64,000 bases of DNA from Pedobacter sp. (GCA_036676435.1 JAKFCV010000003.1:606-64605), one strand, 5' to 3'; numbered from the stretch's first letter, positions 20,047-30,451 are shown. Numbers and translations are program-made. Notes: generated from the letters alone by a model not told the origin.

Positions 20047-21510
20047 ATGAAGATAAGGAAACTGATATTTTTGTTGCTGCTAATTAGCTGTGAGGCTCAT
20101 ACTCAATCTAATTCTAAAATTCAGAATAAAAGCATTTCTATCAATGATACCCTCCGAGTAAATGAACTTAATAAGTCTGCATTTCAAAATCGTCTCAAAA
20201 ATCCAGAACTTACCTTAAGGCAGGCAAATAGTGCCTTGAAACTTGCAATTGAGCTGAAGTTTTTAAATGGTATTGGGGAAGCCTACAGGGTAATCGGAGT
20301 GGGGAAATCGTATCAGAATCAAATTGATGGATCAATAAAAAATTATCTGATAGCATTATCCTACTTTAAAGAAAGTAATAATTCTGAAGGTGTAGCAAAG
20401 GTATATAACAATATTGGCAATCTATATCGCGACATAGATTATGATAAATCTCTGGAAAATTTTGACAAATCTCTAAAAATAGCTAGAAAGCTGGAAATAA
20501 AGGACCTGATAGCGGGTTTATACCTCAACATAGGAACTGTCAATCAAAGAAAAAAAAAATATGATATAGCACTTAATTATTATAAACAAAGCTTATTAAT
20601 GTTTCAACAATTGAATAATTCAATTGGTGTATTACAAAGCCAGCAAAATTTAGGTCTTATATATTTAAATTTAAACGAACTGGAAAAAGCGGAGAAATAC
20701 TTAATAGATGCGCGAGAAAAGGCCTATAAAAACTCACTAAATAATTCCATCGCGAATCTAAATTTAACACTTAGCTCAGTTTACATCACTCAGAAAAAAT
20801 TCAAGTTAGCGGAAGCTAGTATAAAAGAGGGGTTAAAATTTGCTCGAATAACAAAAGATTCCAAATTAGAATACAATTACATTTTAACTTCCTATGACTT
20901 AGAAAATGTTCGTAAAAATCACCAGCGGGCACTATATTATTTACAACAAGTTTATAGGCTGGATAGTATTTCTTATAAAAATAATGTTTCAGAAAAAATT
21001 CATTTATTAGAAGCCCAGCACCAACAATTAGAAAAACAACGTGAAAATGAGCTCACAATTGCTAAACAAAAATATACTCAAATTTTATTTTGGGCGATAA
21101 GTATTGTTGCACTCCTTGCCTTCATAGTTATTTTCCTGCTCATTAAAAATGTCCGTAAATCTGTTCGTAGCAACAAAGAATTAACCAGGTTGAATTTGGA
21201 GGTCTCCAATCAAAAGGATGATCTGGACCGCGTAAATCATAATCTGGAAGAAATCATTGAGGTACGAACTAAGGATCTCAAAATAAAAAATACAAAGCTC
21301 TCCGAATATTCTTCTCACCTTTCTCATCAGATCCGCAGTCCGGTGGCTACCTTAAAAGGACTTATCCTATTAGAAAAAGATAACCTGATTGAGCAGGAGG
21401 AATTTGTGGAACAAATGGGGAAATGCATTTATGACCTGGATGATAAGATTATAAATATTAATGAGAACCTGAATGACCCCCTCAAATCAGGACTAATCAA
21501 TGAGGACTGA
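20047..21510 (+). CDS. TPR-repeat membrane sensor with a C-terminal HisKA-like H-box and no ATPase domain
   Basis: Order of elements: signal/anchor, several TPR-like repeats (YNNIGNLY..., LNIGTVNQ..., NLGLIYLNL...), one TM helix (ILFWAISIVALLAFIVIFLLI), a coiled coil, then H-box SHLSHQIRSPVATLKG. The ORF ends about 60 aa later without N/G1/F/G2 boxes. Confidence 0.8.
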   Translation: MKIRKLIFLLLLISCEAHTQSNSKIQNKSISINDTLRVNELNKSAFQNRLKNPELTLRQANSALKLAIELKFLNGIGEAYRVIGVGKSYQNQIDGSIKNYLIALSYFKESNNSEGVAKVYNNIGNLYRDIDYDKSLENFDKSLKIARKLEIKDLIAGLYLNIGTVNQRKKKYDIALNYYKQSLLMFQQLNNSIGVLQSQQNLGLIYLNLNELEKAEKYLIDAREKAYKNSLNNSIANLNLTLSSVYITQKKFKLAEASIKEGLKFARITKDSKLEYNYILTSYDLENVRKNHQRALYYLQQVYRLDSISYKNNVSEKIHLLEAQHQQLEKQRENELTIAKQKYTQILFWAISIVALLAFIVIFLLIKNVRKSVRSNKELTRLNLEVSNQKDDLDRVNHNLEEIIEVRTKDLKIKNTKLSEYSSHLSHQIRSPVATLKGLILLEKDNLIEQEEFVEQMGKCIYDLDDKIININENLNDPLKSGLINED

Positions 21511-21638
21511 AATATAAATCAGGATCCCTGCTAAACTAAATAGCCATAGATAAACTGTTTCACTACATAAAACGCCTGCGAAAACCAAAATCTCAAATCT
21601 CTTTAGTAATTTAGCGGTCAAAAAAACAGGAGTACATT

Positions 21639-23909
21639 TTGGATTACTTAGATGGATTAAATCCTTCGCAAAGGGCGGCAGTAGAACAAACCGAAGGACC
21701 AGTGATGATAGTGGCCGGTGCGGGTTCAGGGAAAACAAGAGTAATCACATATCGTGTTGCACATTTGATAAGAAAAAATGTTGACCCTTTTAACATTCTA
21801 GTTTTAACCTTCACGAATAAAGCCGCTAAAGAGATGCGTGAGCGCATTACAAAGGTGGTAGGCCCGGAAGCAAAAAACATCTGGATGGGGACCTTTCACT
21901 CTGTTTTTGCCAAACTTTTAAGGGTTGAAGCAGCAAAGATTGGCTATCAGAGTAACTTCACAATCTATGATACCGATGATAGTAAAAGCCTGATCCGGAC
22001 GATCTTAAAAGAACAGCAATTAGACGATAAGCTATATAATGCAAATTTTGTTTATAACCGGATCTCAAGTTCTAAAAATAACCTGATTTCTCCGGCAGAA
22101 TATTTAAAAAATGAGCATATCCAGGCTGAGGATTTCTCAACAGGTCGGGGTAAACTCGGCGAAATTTACCAGATATATTCTCAGCGTTGTTTTAAAGCAG
22201 GGGCGATGGATTTTGACGACCTGCTATACAAAACCAATGTGCTTTTACGTGAATATCCTGAAGTTTTATATAAATATCAGAATAAGTTTAAGTATTTAAT
22301 GGTCGATGAGTATCAGGATACTAACTTTTCACAATACCTGATCGTTAAAAAACTGGCAGCAAATAATGAGAATATATGCGTGGTAGGCGATGATGCTCAA
22401 AGCATCTATGCATTCCGGGGTGCCAATATTCAAAATATTTTAAATTTCGAAAAAGATTATCCCGACCTTAAGGTCTATAAGCTGGAACAGAATTACCGAT
22501 CTACTCAAAATATTGTTAATGTTGCCAACAGCATAATTGCAAATAATAAAAATCAGCTGAAAAAATCAGTTTACTCTGAAAATGAAACCGGAGACAAGAT
22601 TAAAGTTGAAAGAGCATTCAGTGATAATGAAGAAGGAAAGATTGTTGCTGAAGCTATAGCACAGGAACAGGCTGTAAAAGGTTCCAAGTATGCAGATTTC
22701 GCCATTCTTTACCGTACAAATGCTCAATCCAGAGCTATGGAAGAGGCATTGCGTAAATTAAATGTCCCTTATAAAATTTATGGAGGTCTCTCCTTTTATC
22801 AACGAAAGGAAATTAAGGACCTAATCGCTTATTTCAGATTGACTTTTAATCCTAATGATGAAGAAGCTATAAAACGGGTAATAAATTATCCCCGTCGTGG
22901 AATTGGAGATACAACTATAGAACGTATAATGATCGCGGCAGATAAACACAATCTGACAATATGGGATATTATTTGCCAGCCTGACAGATATCTGGATTCA
23001 AGAAGTTCAAGTGCCGTTGGAAATTTCGCATCGCTCATTCAAAGCTTCCAGGTGATGACAAAAACGCATTCTGCATACGATACAGCACTGCATATCGCCC
23101 AGCATTCGACCTTACTTAAGGAGCTTTATTCTGATAAATCGATTGAAGGTTTGAGCAGGTATGAAAACATTCAGGAGCTTTTAAATGGTATAAAAGAGTT
23201 TAGTGAACGCGAGGACATTGAAGAAAAGGGACTCGATACCTTCATGCAGGATATTGCTCTATTAACTAATGATGACAATGATAAAAATCCTGATGCTGAT
23301 ACTGTTTCCTTAATGACCATTCACTCGGCTAAAGGCCTGGAATTTGACAATGTTTTTGTAGTGGGTCTTGAAGAGAACCTTTTCCCTTCTCAGATGTCTT
23401 TAAGCTCAAGAACGGATCTGGAGGAAGAGAGGCGACTATTTTATGTAGCTATAACACGTGCCGGTAAAAAACTTACACTTTCTTATGCAACATCCCGTTA
23501 CAGATGGGGAACATTAACGAGTTGCGAACCAAGCCGATTTCTCGATGAGATTGATGCCAGGTATCTGGAACTGGATTTCAAGGCTCAACAAAAAAATTCG
23601 GGTAATCCCTTTTTTGATGAAGAACGATCAGCCTGGCAGCAGAAGGAAACATTCAGTAAGCCTAAACCCTCATCCATACCTCGAACAACTTCGATATTAC
23701 CAAAAGCCCATGTTCCAAGTGAAGGCTTTGCTCCGTCTGACACCTCCGGATTACAAGTTGGAATGGAAGTTGAACATGAAAGATTCGGATTTGGCAAAGT
23801 TATCCATCTGGAAGGCAACAAACCTGACATAAAAGCAACTATATTTTTTAAAGATTTAGGACAGAAGCAATTATTATTAAAATTTGCTAAATTGAAAATT
23901 GTAAAATAA
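21639..23909 (+). CDS. UvrD/PcrA/Rep-family ATP-dependent DNA helicase
   Basis: LNPSQRAAV, AGAGSGKT, MVDEYQDTN, VGDDAQSIYAFRGA, YRSTQ and TIHSAKGLEF motifs. The only in-frame start near the conserved N-terminus is the TTG at 21639. Confidence 0.9.
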   Translation: MDYLDGLNPSQRAAVEQTEGPVMIVAGAGSGKTRVITYRVAHLIRKNVDPFNILVLTFTNKAAKEMRERITKVVGPEAKNIWMGTFHSVFAKLLRVEAAKIGYQSNFTIYDTDDSKSLIRTILKEQQLDDKLYNANFVYNRISSSKNNLISPAEYLKNEHIQAEDFSTGRGKLGEIYQIYSQRCFKAGAMDFDDLLYKTNVLLREYPEVLYKYQNKFKYLMVDEYQDTNFSQYLIVKKLAANNENICVVGDDAQSIYAFRGANIQNILNFEKDYPDLKVYKLEQNYRSTQNIVNVANSIIANNKNQLKKSVYSENETGDKIKVERAFSDNEEGKIVAEAIAQEQAVKGSKYADFAILYRTNAQSRAMEEALRKLNVPYKIYGGLSFYQRKEIKDLIAYFRLTFNPNDEEAIKRVINYPRRGIGDTTIERIMIAADKHNLTIWDIICQPDRYLDSRSSSAVGNFASLIQSFQVMTKTHSAYDTALHIAQHSTLLKELYSDKSIEGLSRYENIQELLNGIKEFSEREDIEEKGLDTFMQDIALLTNDDNDKNPDADTVSLMTIHSAKGLEFDNVFVVGLEENLFPSQMSLSSRTDLEEERRLFYVAITRAGKKLTLSYATSRYRWGTLTSCEPSRFLDEIDARYLELDFKAQQKNSGNPFFDEERSAWQQKETFSKPKPSSIPRTTSILPKAHVPSEGFAPSDTSGLQVGMEVEHERFGFGKVIHLEGNKPDIKATIFFKDLGQKQLLLKFAKLKIVK

Positions 23910-23973
23910 AATCAAAATCGCCCTACAGAGCTTAGAAACCACATAATTAAGCCAGCGATATTAACAAACTATC

Positions 23974-24654
23974 ATGACATTCGATTATAATACCACCAGG
24001 AAAAAACTAATTCTTGCCGAATACGGAAGGAATGTGCAGAATATGGTTAAATATATTGTGGATTTGCCTACAAAAGATGAACGCAACAGATACGCCCAGG
24101 TTGTTATAGATCTGATGGGTTTTTTAAACCCGCATCTACGTGATGTCGCCGATTTTAAGCACAAACTTTGGGATCATCTCCATATTATATCTGATTTCAA
24201 GATTGATGTGGACTCCCCATATCCTAAACCATCTGAGGATGCTATCAGGTTTAAACCTGCTCCTCTATCCTACCCTCAGCAGCGGATAAAATATAAGCAT
24301 TACGGCAAAACAGTTGAGCTTATGATCAGCCGGGCAAAAGCAATTGAGGATCCTGAACGCAAACAACAAATGGTTCAGTCCATAGCAAATTTTATGAAAA
24401 TGGCCTATGTAACCTGGAATAAAGACAGTGTTGCAGATGAAACTATCATTAAAGACTTGCGCGAAATGTCCAATGGCGCTTTACAGCTTGAGGAAAATGT
24501 AAATCTTCAGCGTGTAGAAGTACGTCAGGCAAATCCGGTAAACCGGCAAAGAAGCAGTAGTCAGGGAAAAGGAAGGCAGAGTAACAGCAGTAACCGCAAT
24601 AACCCCGGCTCCAATCGGCAAAGAACGAATAATCCCGGAGGAAAACGATACTGA
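23974..24654 (+). CDS. DUF4290 family protein with a basic low-complexity tail
   Basis: N-terminal LAEYGRNVQNMV motif typical of DUF4290. The C-terminal roughly 45 aa are rich in R/N/S/G/Q. Confidence 0.8.
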   Translation: MTFDYNTTRKKLILAEYGRNVQNMVKYIVDLPTKDERNRYAQVVIDLMGFLNPHLRDVADFKHKLWDHLHIISDFKIDVDSPYPKPSEDAIRFKPAPLSYPQQRIKYKHYGKTVELMISRAKAIEDPERKQQMVQSIANFMKMAYVTWNKDSVADETIIKDLREMSNGALQLEENVNLQRVEVRQANPVNRQRSSSQGKGRQSNSSNRNNPGSNRQRTNNPGGKRY

Positions 24655-24765
24655 TTAGTGAATAATTTCTATTAATATCAGAAATTTAACTCCCAAAAAT
24701 TACGATTACAGCTTCGTAGCTGATACCTCAAATAAAATAAATATCCAAAATCCTTATCCTAAAAG

Positions 24766-26091
24766 ATGAACGCATTTGAAATTGTTGGGGGTAAACCCTT
24801 AAAGGGTGAAATCATACCACAAGGCGCAAAAAATGAAGCATTACAAGTTATTTCAGCTGTATTATTAAGTCAGGAGAAAATTACCATCAGTAATATCCCT
24901 GATATTAAAGATGTAAATAAACTTATCGAATTAATAGGTGACCTGGGAGTAAAAGTTGAGCGCCTAAATAAAGATACCTACACTTTTGAAGCCTCAAATA
25001 TTAATCTTGATTTTTTCAACTCAGACGAATTCCGAGCTAAGGGAGGAAGTTTAAGGGGTTCTATTATGATCGTAGGTCCCTTACTTGCCCGCTTTGGTAA
25101 AGCGGCTATCCCAAAACCCGGAGGTGACAAAATTGGACGAAGGCGTTTAGATACACACTTTTTAGGTTTTGAAAAATTAGGGGCTGAATTCGTTTATGAT
25201 AAGAAGACAAATTTTTTTAATGTTGATGCCAGTAATTTAAAAGGAGCTTATATCCTTCTTGATGAAGCATCAGTCACAGGGACTGCAAATGTGGTAATGG
25301 CTGCAGTTTTGGCTAAAGGTATTACTACAATATATAATGCCGCTTGCGAGCCTTATTTACAACAGTTATGTAAAATGCTTAACCGCATGGGGGCAAAGAT
25401 ATCAGGTCTTGGTTCTAATTTACTTACGATTGAAGGAGTAACGAAACTTGGAGGAACAGAGCATCGGCTATTGCCTGATATGATTGAAATAGGATCTTTT
25501 ATTGGGCTAGCCGCAATGACCGAATCCGAGATCACTATTAAGGATGTGAAATTTCAGGAACTTGGAATGATCCCTGAAGTTTTCAGAAAGCTGGGAATTC
25601 AATTTGAACTTCGAGGTGATGACATTTATATCCCTTCACAAAAGCATTATGAAGTTGATACTTTTATAGACGGTTCGATAATGACCATTGCAGATTCACC
25701 ATGGCCCGGATTTACTCCGGATCTGCTTAGCATTATGCTGGTTGTAGCTACTCAGGCAAAAGGGAATGTGTTAATTCATCAGAAAATGTTCGAGAGCCGT
25801 TTGTTTTTCGTTGATAAGCTGATCGATATGGGCGCCCAGATTATTCTTTGTGACCCTCATCGTGCCACAGTTATTGGCCTGGATAAGAAAGTTAAACTTA
25901 AAGGTATCCAAATGACTTCACCTGATATACGAGCAGGGGTATCCCTCCTTATTGCAGCACTCTCAGCACAGGGAACATCTACAATCTACAATATAGACCA
26001 GATTGAACGAGGATATCAGGATATTGATATCCGTTTAAGAGCTTTGGGCGCCGATATTAAACGTATAACGGCCACATCAAGCGGACACTAG
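24766..26091 (+). CDS. murA: UDP-N-acetylglucosamine 1-carboxyvinyltransferase
   Basis: Full-length MurA pattern: GAKNEAL, KPGGDKIGRRRLDTH, LDEASVTGT, RAG...LIAAL. Confidence 0.95.
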   Translation: MNAFEIVGGKPLKGEIIPQGAKNEALQVISAVLLSQEKITISNIPDIKDVNKLIELIGDLGVKVERLNKDTYTFEASNINLDFFNSDEFRAKGGSLRGSIMIVGPLLARFGKAAIPKPGGDKIGRRRLDTHFLGFEKLGAEFVYDKKTNFFNVDASNLKGAYILLDEASVTGTANVVMAAVLAKGITTIYNAACEPYLQQLCKMLNRMGAKISGLGSNLLTIEGVTKLGGTEHRLLPDMIEIGSFIGLAAMTESEITIKDVKFQELGMIPEVFRKLGIQFELRGDDIYIPSQKHYEVDTFIDGSIMTIADSPWPGFTPDLLSIMLVVATQAKGNVLIHQKMFESRLFFVDKLIDMGAQIILCDPHRATVIGLDKKVKLKGIQMTSPDIRAGVSLLIAALSAQGTSTIYNIDQIERGYQDIDIRLRALGADIKRITATSSGH

Positions 26092-26163
26092 GAACTTCGG
26101 TTCTTTTGAAGGGCATTGCCCTGTCAATCTGTTTTTGTAGATTAGTTTATCAATTAATCCGCC

Positions 26164-27702
26164 ATGTCGTTTTATAAACGAAATTCTAAGGAGATTCAGG
26201 TGATTCTGTTTCTAACAATCCTGAAACTTTCTATTCATCTGGCGTCTAACAGCCGTTTTGGTTTTCACCGTGATGAGCTGCTGTATATGGCAATGGCAGA
26301 TCATTTAAGCTGGGGATATAAGGAAGTGCCTCCCTTTATTGCAGGAGTTTCCTGGTTTTCAAACACATTTTTAGGGGACAGCGTATTTGCAATGCGATTG
26401 ATCCCTACTTTAGCAAGTACATTAATTATAAGTATAACCGGTTTAACTGTCCTTTTAATGAAGGGAGGCAAATTCGCAATCTTCGTGGCCTGTTCTGCTA
26501 TGATAGTCTCACCTGCATTTCTTGCGTCGGGCTATTTGCTCCAGCCTGTAGTTTTTGACCAATTGTTTTGGGTGATATCGGCCTATCTTACCTTTAAGTA
26601 TATTCAAACTCAAAAAACCAATTATGTTTATTTTTTAGGTGCTACTGTTGGAATAGGAATGCTTAATAAATATACCATGGCATTTTTTATCCTGGCACTA
26701 ATTACCGCCCTTTTGGTAAGTCCGCATCGAAAATTATTATTTAACAGGAGTTGGGGAATTGCATTCTTAATAGCCTTTCTAATCTTTCTTCCAAACCTCA
26801 TCTGGCAGATTACCCATAATCTCCCGGTAATTTCACATATGAAGGAATTGAGGAATAAGCAACTCGCTTTTATCAATTCGCCCGACTTTATCCTTCAACT
26901 GCTAATCGTTCATGCTTCAGCCACCATAGTGTGGCTAAGTGGATTTTTTTACTTATTCATAAGTAAAAGCAATAATAAATATGCTTTCGCAGGGATTTCT
27001 TTTATCCTGATGATCTTGATTCTATTAGTTCTTAACGGAAAAGTTTATTACAGTTTTGGAGCCTTTCCAATATTATTTGCAGCGGGGGGAGTTTGCTTTC
27101 AAAAAGTGATGGGAAGTATAAAATCACCTTATAAATATTCGGCCGCATCCCTTATATTAATTCCTTCCCTTTTTCTTATTCCAATCGTGGTACCTATTTT
27201 ATCATTTGGATCCACCCTGAGATTTTTTGAAATTACTTCCAGATCCGGCCTTAAATTTCCGCTTAAATGGGAAGATCAGATAGAACATGCGACAACTCAG
27301 GATTATGGAGATATGTTAGGTTGGGAAGAGATTGCCAGGTATACCCAAATCGCTTACCAATCGATACCTGTGGATCAGCGCGCCCAAACGACCATTGTTG
27401 CCGGTAATTACGGGCAAGCCGGAGCTATTCAATATTTTCGTGCAAAATATAATCTTCCTGAACCTGTTTGTTTAAACAGCAGTTTTGCACTATGGGCCCC
27501 TGAAAGTATAGCTACCCACCATCTCATTGTAATAGATGATTATGATAATAAAATAACAGAGGCCTATGAAATGGTCAAAGAAGTCGGAATAGTTGAAAAC
27601 TCACACGCACGCGAAAAAGGTACCAAAATCTACCTACTCTCAAATCCATTAGTTGATATTAATTCCATTTATAGAAGGGAGCGTATTAAGGCATTGAAAT
27701 GA
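26164..27702 (+). CDS. GT39/ArnT-like GT-C glycosyltransferase (polyprenyl-phosphate-sugar dependent)
   Basis: 512 aa. About 11 N-terminal TM helices with an early-loop FHRDELLYM motif (acidic DE in the first periplasmic loop), plus a C-terminal soluble domain, as in the ArnT/PMT family. Confidence 0.75.
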   Translation: MSFYKRNSKEIQVILFLTILKLSIHLASNSRFGFHRDELLYMAMADHLSWGYKEVPPFIAGVSWFSNTFLGDSVFAMRLIPTLASTLIISITGLTVLLMKGGKFAIFVACSAMIVSPAFLASGYLLQPVVFDQLFWVISAYLTFKYIQTQKTNYVYFLGATVGIGMLNKYTMAFFILALITALLVSPHRKLLFNRSWGIAFLIAFLIFLPNLIWQITHNLPVISHMKELRNKQLAFINSPDFILQLLIVHASATIVWLSGFFYLFISKSNNKYAFAGISFILMILILLVLNGKVYYSFGAFPILFAAGGVCFQKVMGSIKSPYKYSAASLILIPSLFLIPIVVPILSFGSTLRFFEITSRSGLKFPLKWEDQIEHATTQDYGDMLGWEEIARYTQIAYQSIPVDQRAQTTIVAGNYGQAGAIQYFRAKYNLPEPVCLNSSFALWAPESIATHHLIVIDDYDNKITEAYEMVKEVGIVENSHAREKGTKIYLLSNPLVDINSIYRRERIKALK

Positions 27703-27822
27703 GAAAAATTACCCGAAATTTTAATTAATAAAAAAACCGGCAATAATAGATTTGCGTATCCTTTTATAACCCAAAAGTAGAGTTCCTTTAATGTCAAGCG
27801 GCACTGCCTAACTATTTATTAT

Positions 27823-29097
27823 ATGAACATTGTCATTATTGGCAACGGAATTACAGGAATTACCTGTGCACGAAATATACGAAAACTCAACTCTAGAGCA
27901 GATATAACTATTATCTCTGGTGAGAGTGACCACTTCTATGCCCGTACAGCACTTATGTATATTTACATGGGTCATATGAAATATGAACACACCAAGCCTT
28001 TTGAGGATTGGTTTTGGAAGAAAAACAGAATACAACTCCTCAATGCATGGGTAACGGGAATTGACACAACTTCCAAAACCATTTTATTTCAACAAAACCC
28101 CGTCATTTCATATGATATATTAATTATTGCCAGCGGATCATTACCAAACAAATTAGGTTGGCCAGGTGAAAATCTGAAGGGAGTTCAAGGTCTATATAGT
28201 CTGCAGGATCTTCAGAGTATGGAAAGGGATACTTCCGGTATATCAAATGCGGTAATTATAGGAGGTGGACTAATAGGAATTGAGATGGCAGAGATGATTA
28301 GAAGCAGGAATATACCTGTGACTTTTCTTGTCAGAGAGGATAGATACTGGGGTAATATTTTACCTCCGGAAGAGTCCCAATTATTAGAAAGACATATTAA
28401 GGAGCATGGAATCCAAATTATGCTGAATACTGAGCTGGAAGAACTTATTGGTGATGAAAATGGCCGGGTAAAATCCATTAGAACAAAAACAGGGGAGAAT
28501 ATATCTTGCCAGTTTGCAGGACTTACTGCCGGAGTTTCTCCGAATATTAAATTTTTACAAGAAAGTTCCATAGAAACAGATAAAGGCATTCTTGTAAATG
28601 AATATTTTGAAACAAGCATTGCAGATATTTATGCCGCAGGAGATTGTGCGCAATTTCGGCAGCCAAAAGCAGGCCATCCGGCAATAGAACAATTATGGTA
28701 TACCGGAAAAATGCATGGCGAAGCCCTTGCAAAAACCCTTTGCGGTAATAAAACGATTTATAATCGTGGGATATGGTTTAATTCGGCTAAATTTCTGGAT
28801 ATTGAATACCAAACATATGGACATATAAGCCCAAATCTTCCGGAAGATCAGGAAAGTTTTTACTGGGAACATCCCCAGGGTAAAATAGCCTTCAGAGCAA
28901 ATTACACTAAAGCAGATAAGGTTCTTGTCGGATTTAATTTTTTGGGTATCAGGTTCAGGCAGACCATAGCAGAGGACTGGATCGGCAAAAAAAGAACGAT
29001 TGATCATGCTATTACCCATTTAAAAGAAGGCTGGTTTGACCCCGAATTTTCAAAACAATATTATAAAGAAATAGCTATTTCGTTTTCCCGTCGATAA
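27823..29097 (+). CDS. NAD(P)H/FAD-dependent pyridine-nucleotide-disulfide-family oxidoreductase (ferredoxin/rubredoxin-reductase-like)
   Basis: Two Rossmann dinucleotide motifs (IIGNGITG and IIGGGLIG) and the AAGDCA FAD motif. Confidence 0.85.
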   Translation: MNIVIIGNGITGITCARNIRKLNSRADITIISGESDHFYARTALMYIYMGHMKYEHTKPFEDWFWKKNRIQLLNAWVTGIDTTSKTILFQQNPVISYDILIIASGSLPNKLGWPGENLKGVQGLYSLQDLQSMERDTSGISNAVIIGGGLIGIEMAEMIRSRNIPVTFLVREDRYWGNILPPEESQLLERHIKEHGIQIMLNTELEELIGDENGRVKSIRTKTGENISCQFAGLTAGVSPNIKFLQESSIETDKGILVNEYFETSIADIYAAGDCAQFRQPKAGHPAIEQLWYTGKMHGEALAKTLCGNKTIYNRGIWFNSAKFLDIEYQTYGHISPNLPEDQESFYWEHPQGKIAFRANYTKADKVLVGFNFLGIRFRQTIAEDWIGKKRTIDHAITHLKEGWFDPEFSKQYYKEIAISFSRR

Positions 29098-29128
29098 TTA
29101 ACTTTGTTCAACCTTTGAAAAAATTTAA

Positions 29129-30451
29129 ATGCAAAATATCTCTATTTCCATAGCAAAACCGGTTGGAGCTCAGGCTTTACAAAAACTTGGGGCAAGCCTG
29201 ATTGCATTTTCAATTCTTTGCTCCGTGATAGCAGCTTTCGGACCGGGGAAATCTGAATCGCTGCTTTTCTTTTGGCTGATAATCTTATCAGCAACTCTGG
29301 CAGGACTAATTTACACCATTCCATTCTTTTTAACCAGCCCCGGAATTAAGAATAATTATATAATGAAAGACCCTGCAACAAATCGCGGGACTATCGCATG
29401 GGGTATTGCTATGTTAATGACCGGTTTTTATATCATCCTGTATTGGTTCCCTTTTTATCTGGATGGTCTAATCAGGACTATGGATCCGCTTAGCCTTATG
29501 TTAAGAAACCGAACAGCCGATCATTGGTTTTTATACGGCACCTTTTATACCCTGGCAGTCCTGGTAATGGGAATTCGGTTTATTGGGAAATATCGGCATA
29601 GCCGGTATCATATATTCAGGACAATTTCCGTAATGTTCTTTCAGCTTGGTTTCGCTTTTTTAATTCCGGCATTTTTATTAAAACTGAACCAGCCTGAATT
29701 CTATTTTTCGTATTTCTGGCCCTTAAAGTATTCCTATCTGTTTCCAAATGATATCCAATCTCTGGTCGACTCCGGCAACCTGGGAATATTTATGGTTTTT
29801 TGGGGCATGATAATGACTTTTATTGCCACCCCAATTCTTTCGTACAACTATGGCAAACGTTGGTATTGTTCCTGGGTCTGCGGCTGTGGGGCTTTAGCAG
29901 AAACGCTCGGTGACCCATACCGCCAGAATTCCGACAAATCACTCAAAGCCTGGAAAATAGAACGGTGGATGGTTCATCTGGTGCTGGTTTTTATCACTGT
30001 TACTACGGGCTTACTATGGTTAAATTCATGGAAGAGTGGAACCATCTTAGGAGATGCATCCGGATTATTCGCTCAATGGTACGGTTTTCTTATTGGCTCT
30101 GTTTTTTCCGGGGTTATAGGAACCGGTTTTTACCCAATTCTGGGATCAAGGGTCTGGTGTCGTTTCGGTTGTCCGATGGCGGCTATTCTGGGGCTGTTCC
30201 AGCGATTTAAATCCAAATTTCGAATAAGCACCAACGGAGCTCAATGCATTTCCTGTGGGAATTGCTCTACTTACTGCGAAATGGGAATTGATGTACGGGC
30301 GTATGCTCAAAAAGGAGAAAATATTATCCGTGCCTCCTGCGTCGGATGTGGGGTGTGCTCATCTGTATGTCCACGTGGAGTTTTAAAGTTGGAAAACCTG
30401 GATGAAGGCGGACGGTTTATCCCATATATCCGTCCTGAAGATAAATTATGA
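29129..30451 (+). CDS. Polytopic membrane polyferredoxin (NapH/NosR/CcoG-like 4Fe-4S protein)
   Basis: Multiple TM helices, the membrane-proximal Cys motifs YCSWVCGCG and WCRFGCPMA, and two C-terminal ferredoxin motifs CISCGNCSTYC and CVGCGVCSSVCP. Confidence 0.85.
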   Translation: MQNISISIAKPVGAQALQKLGASLIAFSILCSVIAAFGPGKSESLLFFWLIILSATLAGLIYTIPFFLTSPGIKNNYIMKDPATNRGTIAWGIAMLMTGFYIILYWFPFYLDGLIRTMDPLSLMLRNRTADHWFLYGTFYTLAVLVMGIRFIGKYRHSRYHIFRTISVMFFQLGFAFLIPAFLLKLNQPEFYFSYFWPLKYSYLFPNDIQSLVDSGNLGIFMVFWGMIMTFIATPILSYNYGKRWYCSWVCGCGALAETLGDPYRQNSDKSLKAWKIERWMVHLVLVFITVTTGLLWLNSWKSGTILGDASGLFAQWYGFLIGSVFSGVIGTGFYPILGSRVWCRFGCPMAAILGLFQRFKSKFRISTNGAQCISCGNCSTYCEMGIDVRAYAQKGENIIRASCVGCGVCSSVCPRGVLKLENLDEGGRFIPYIRPEDKL

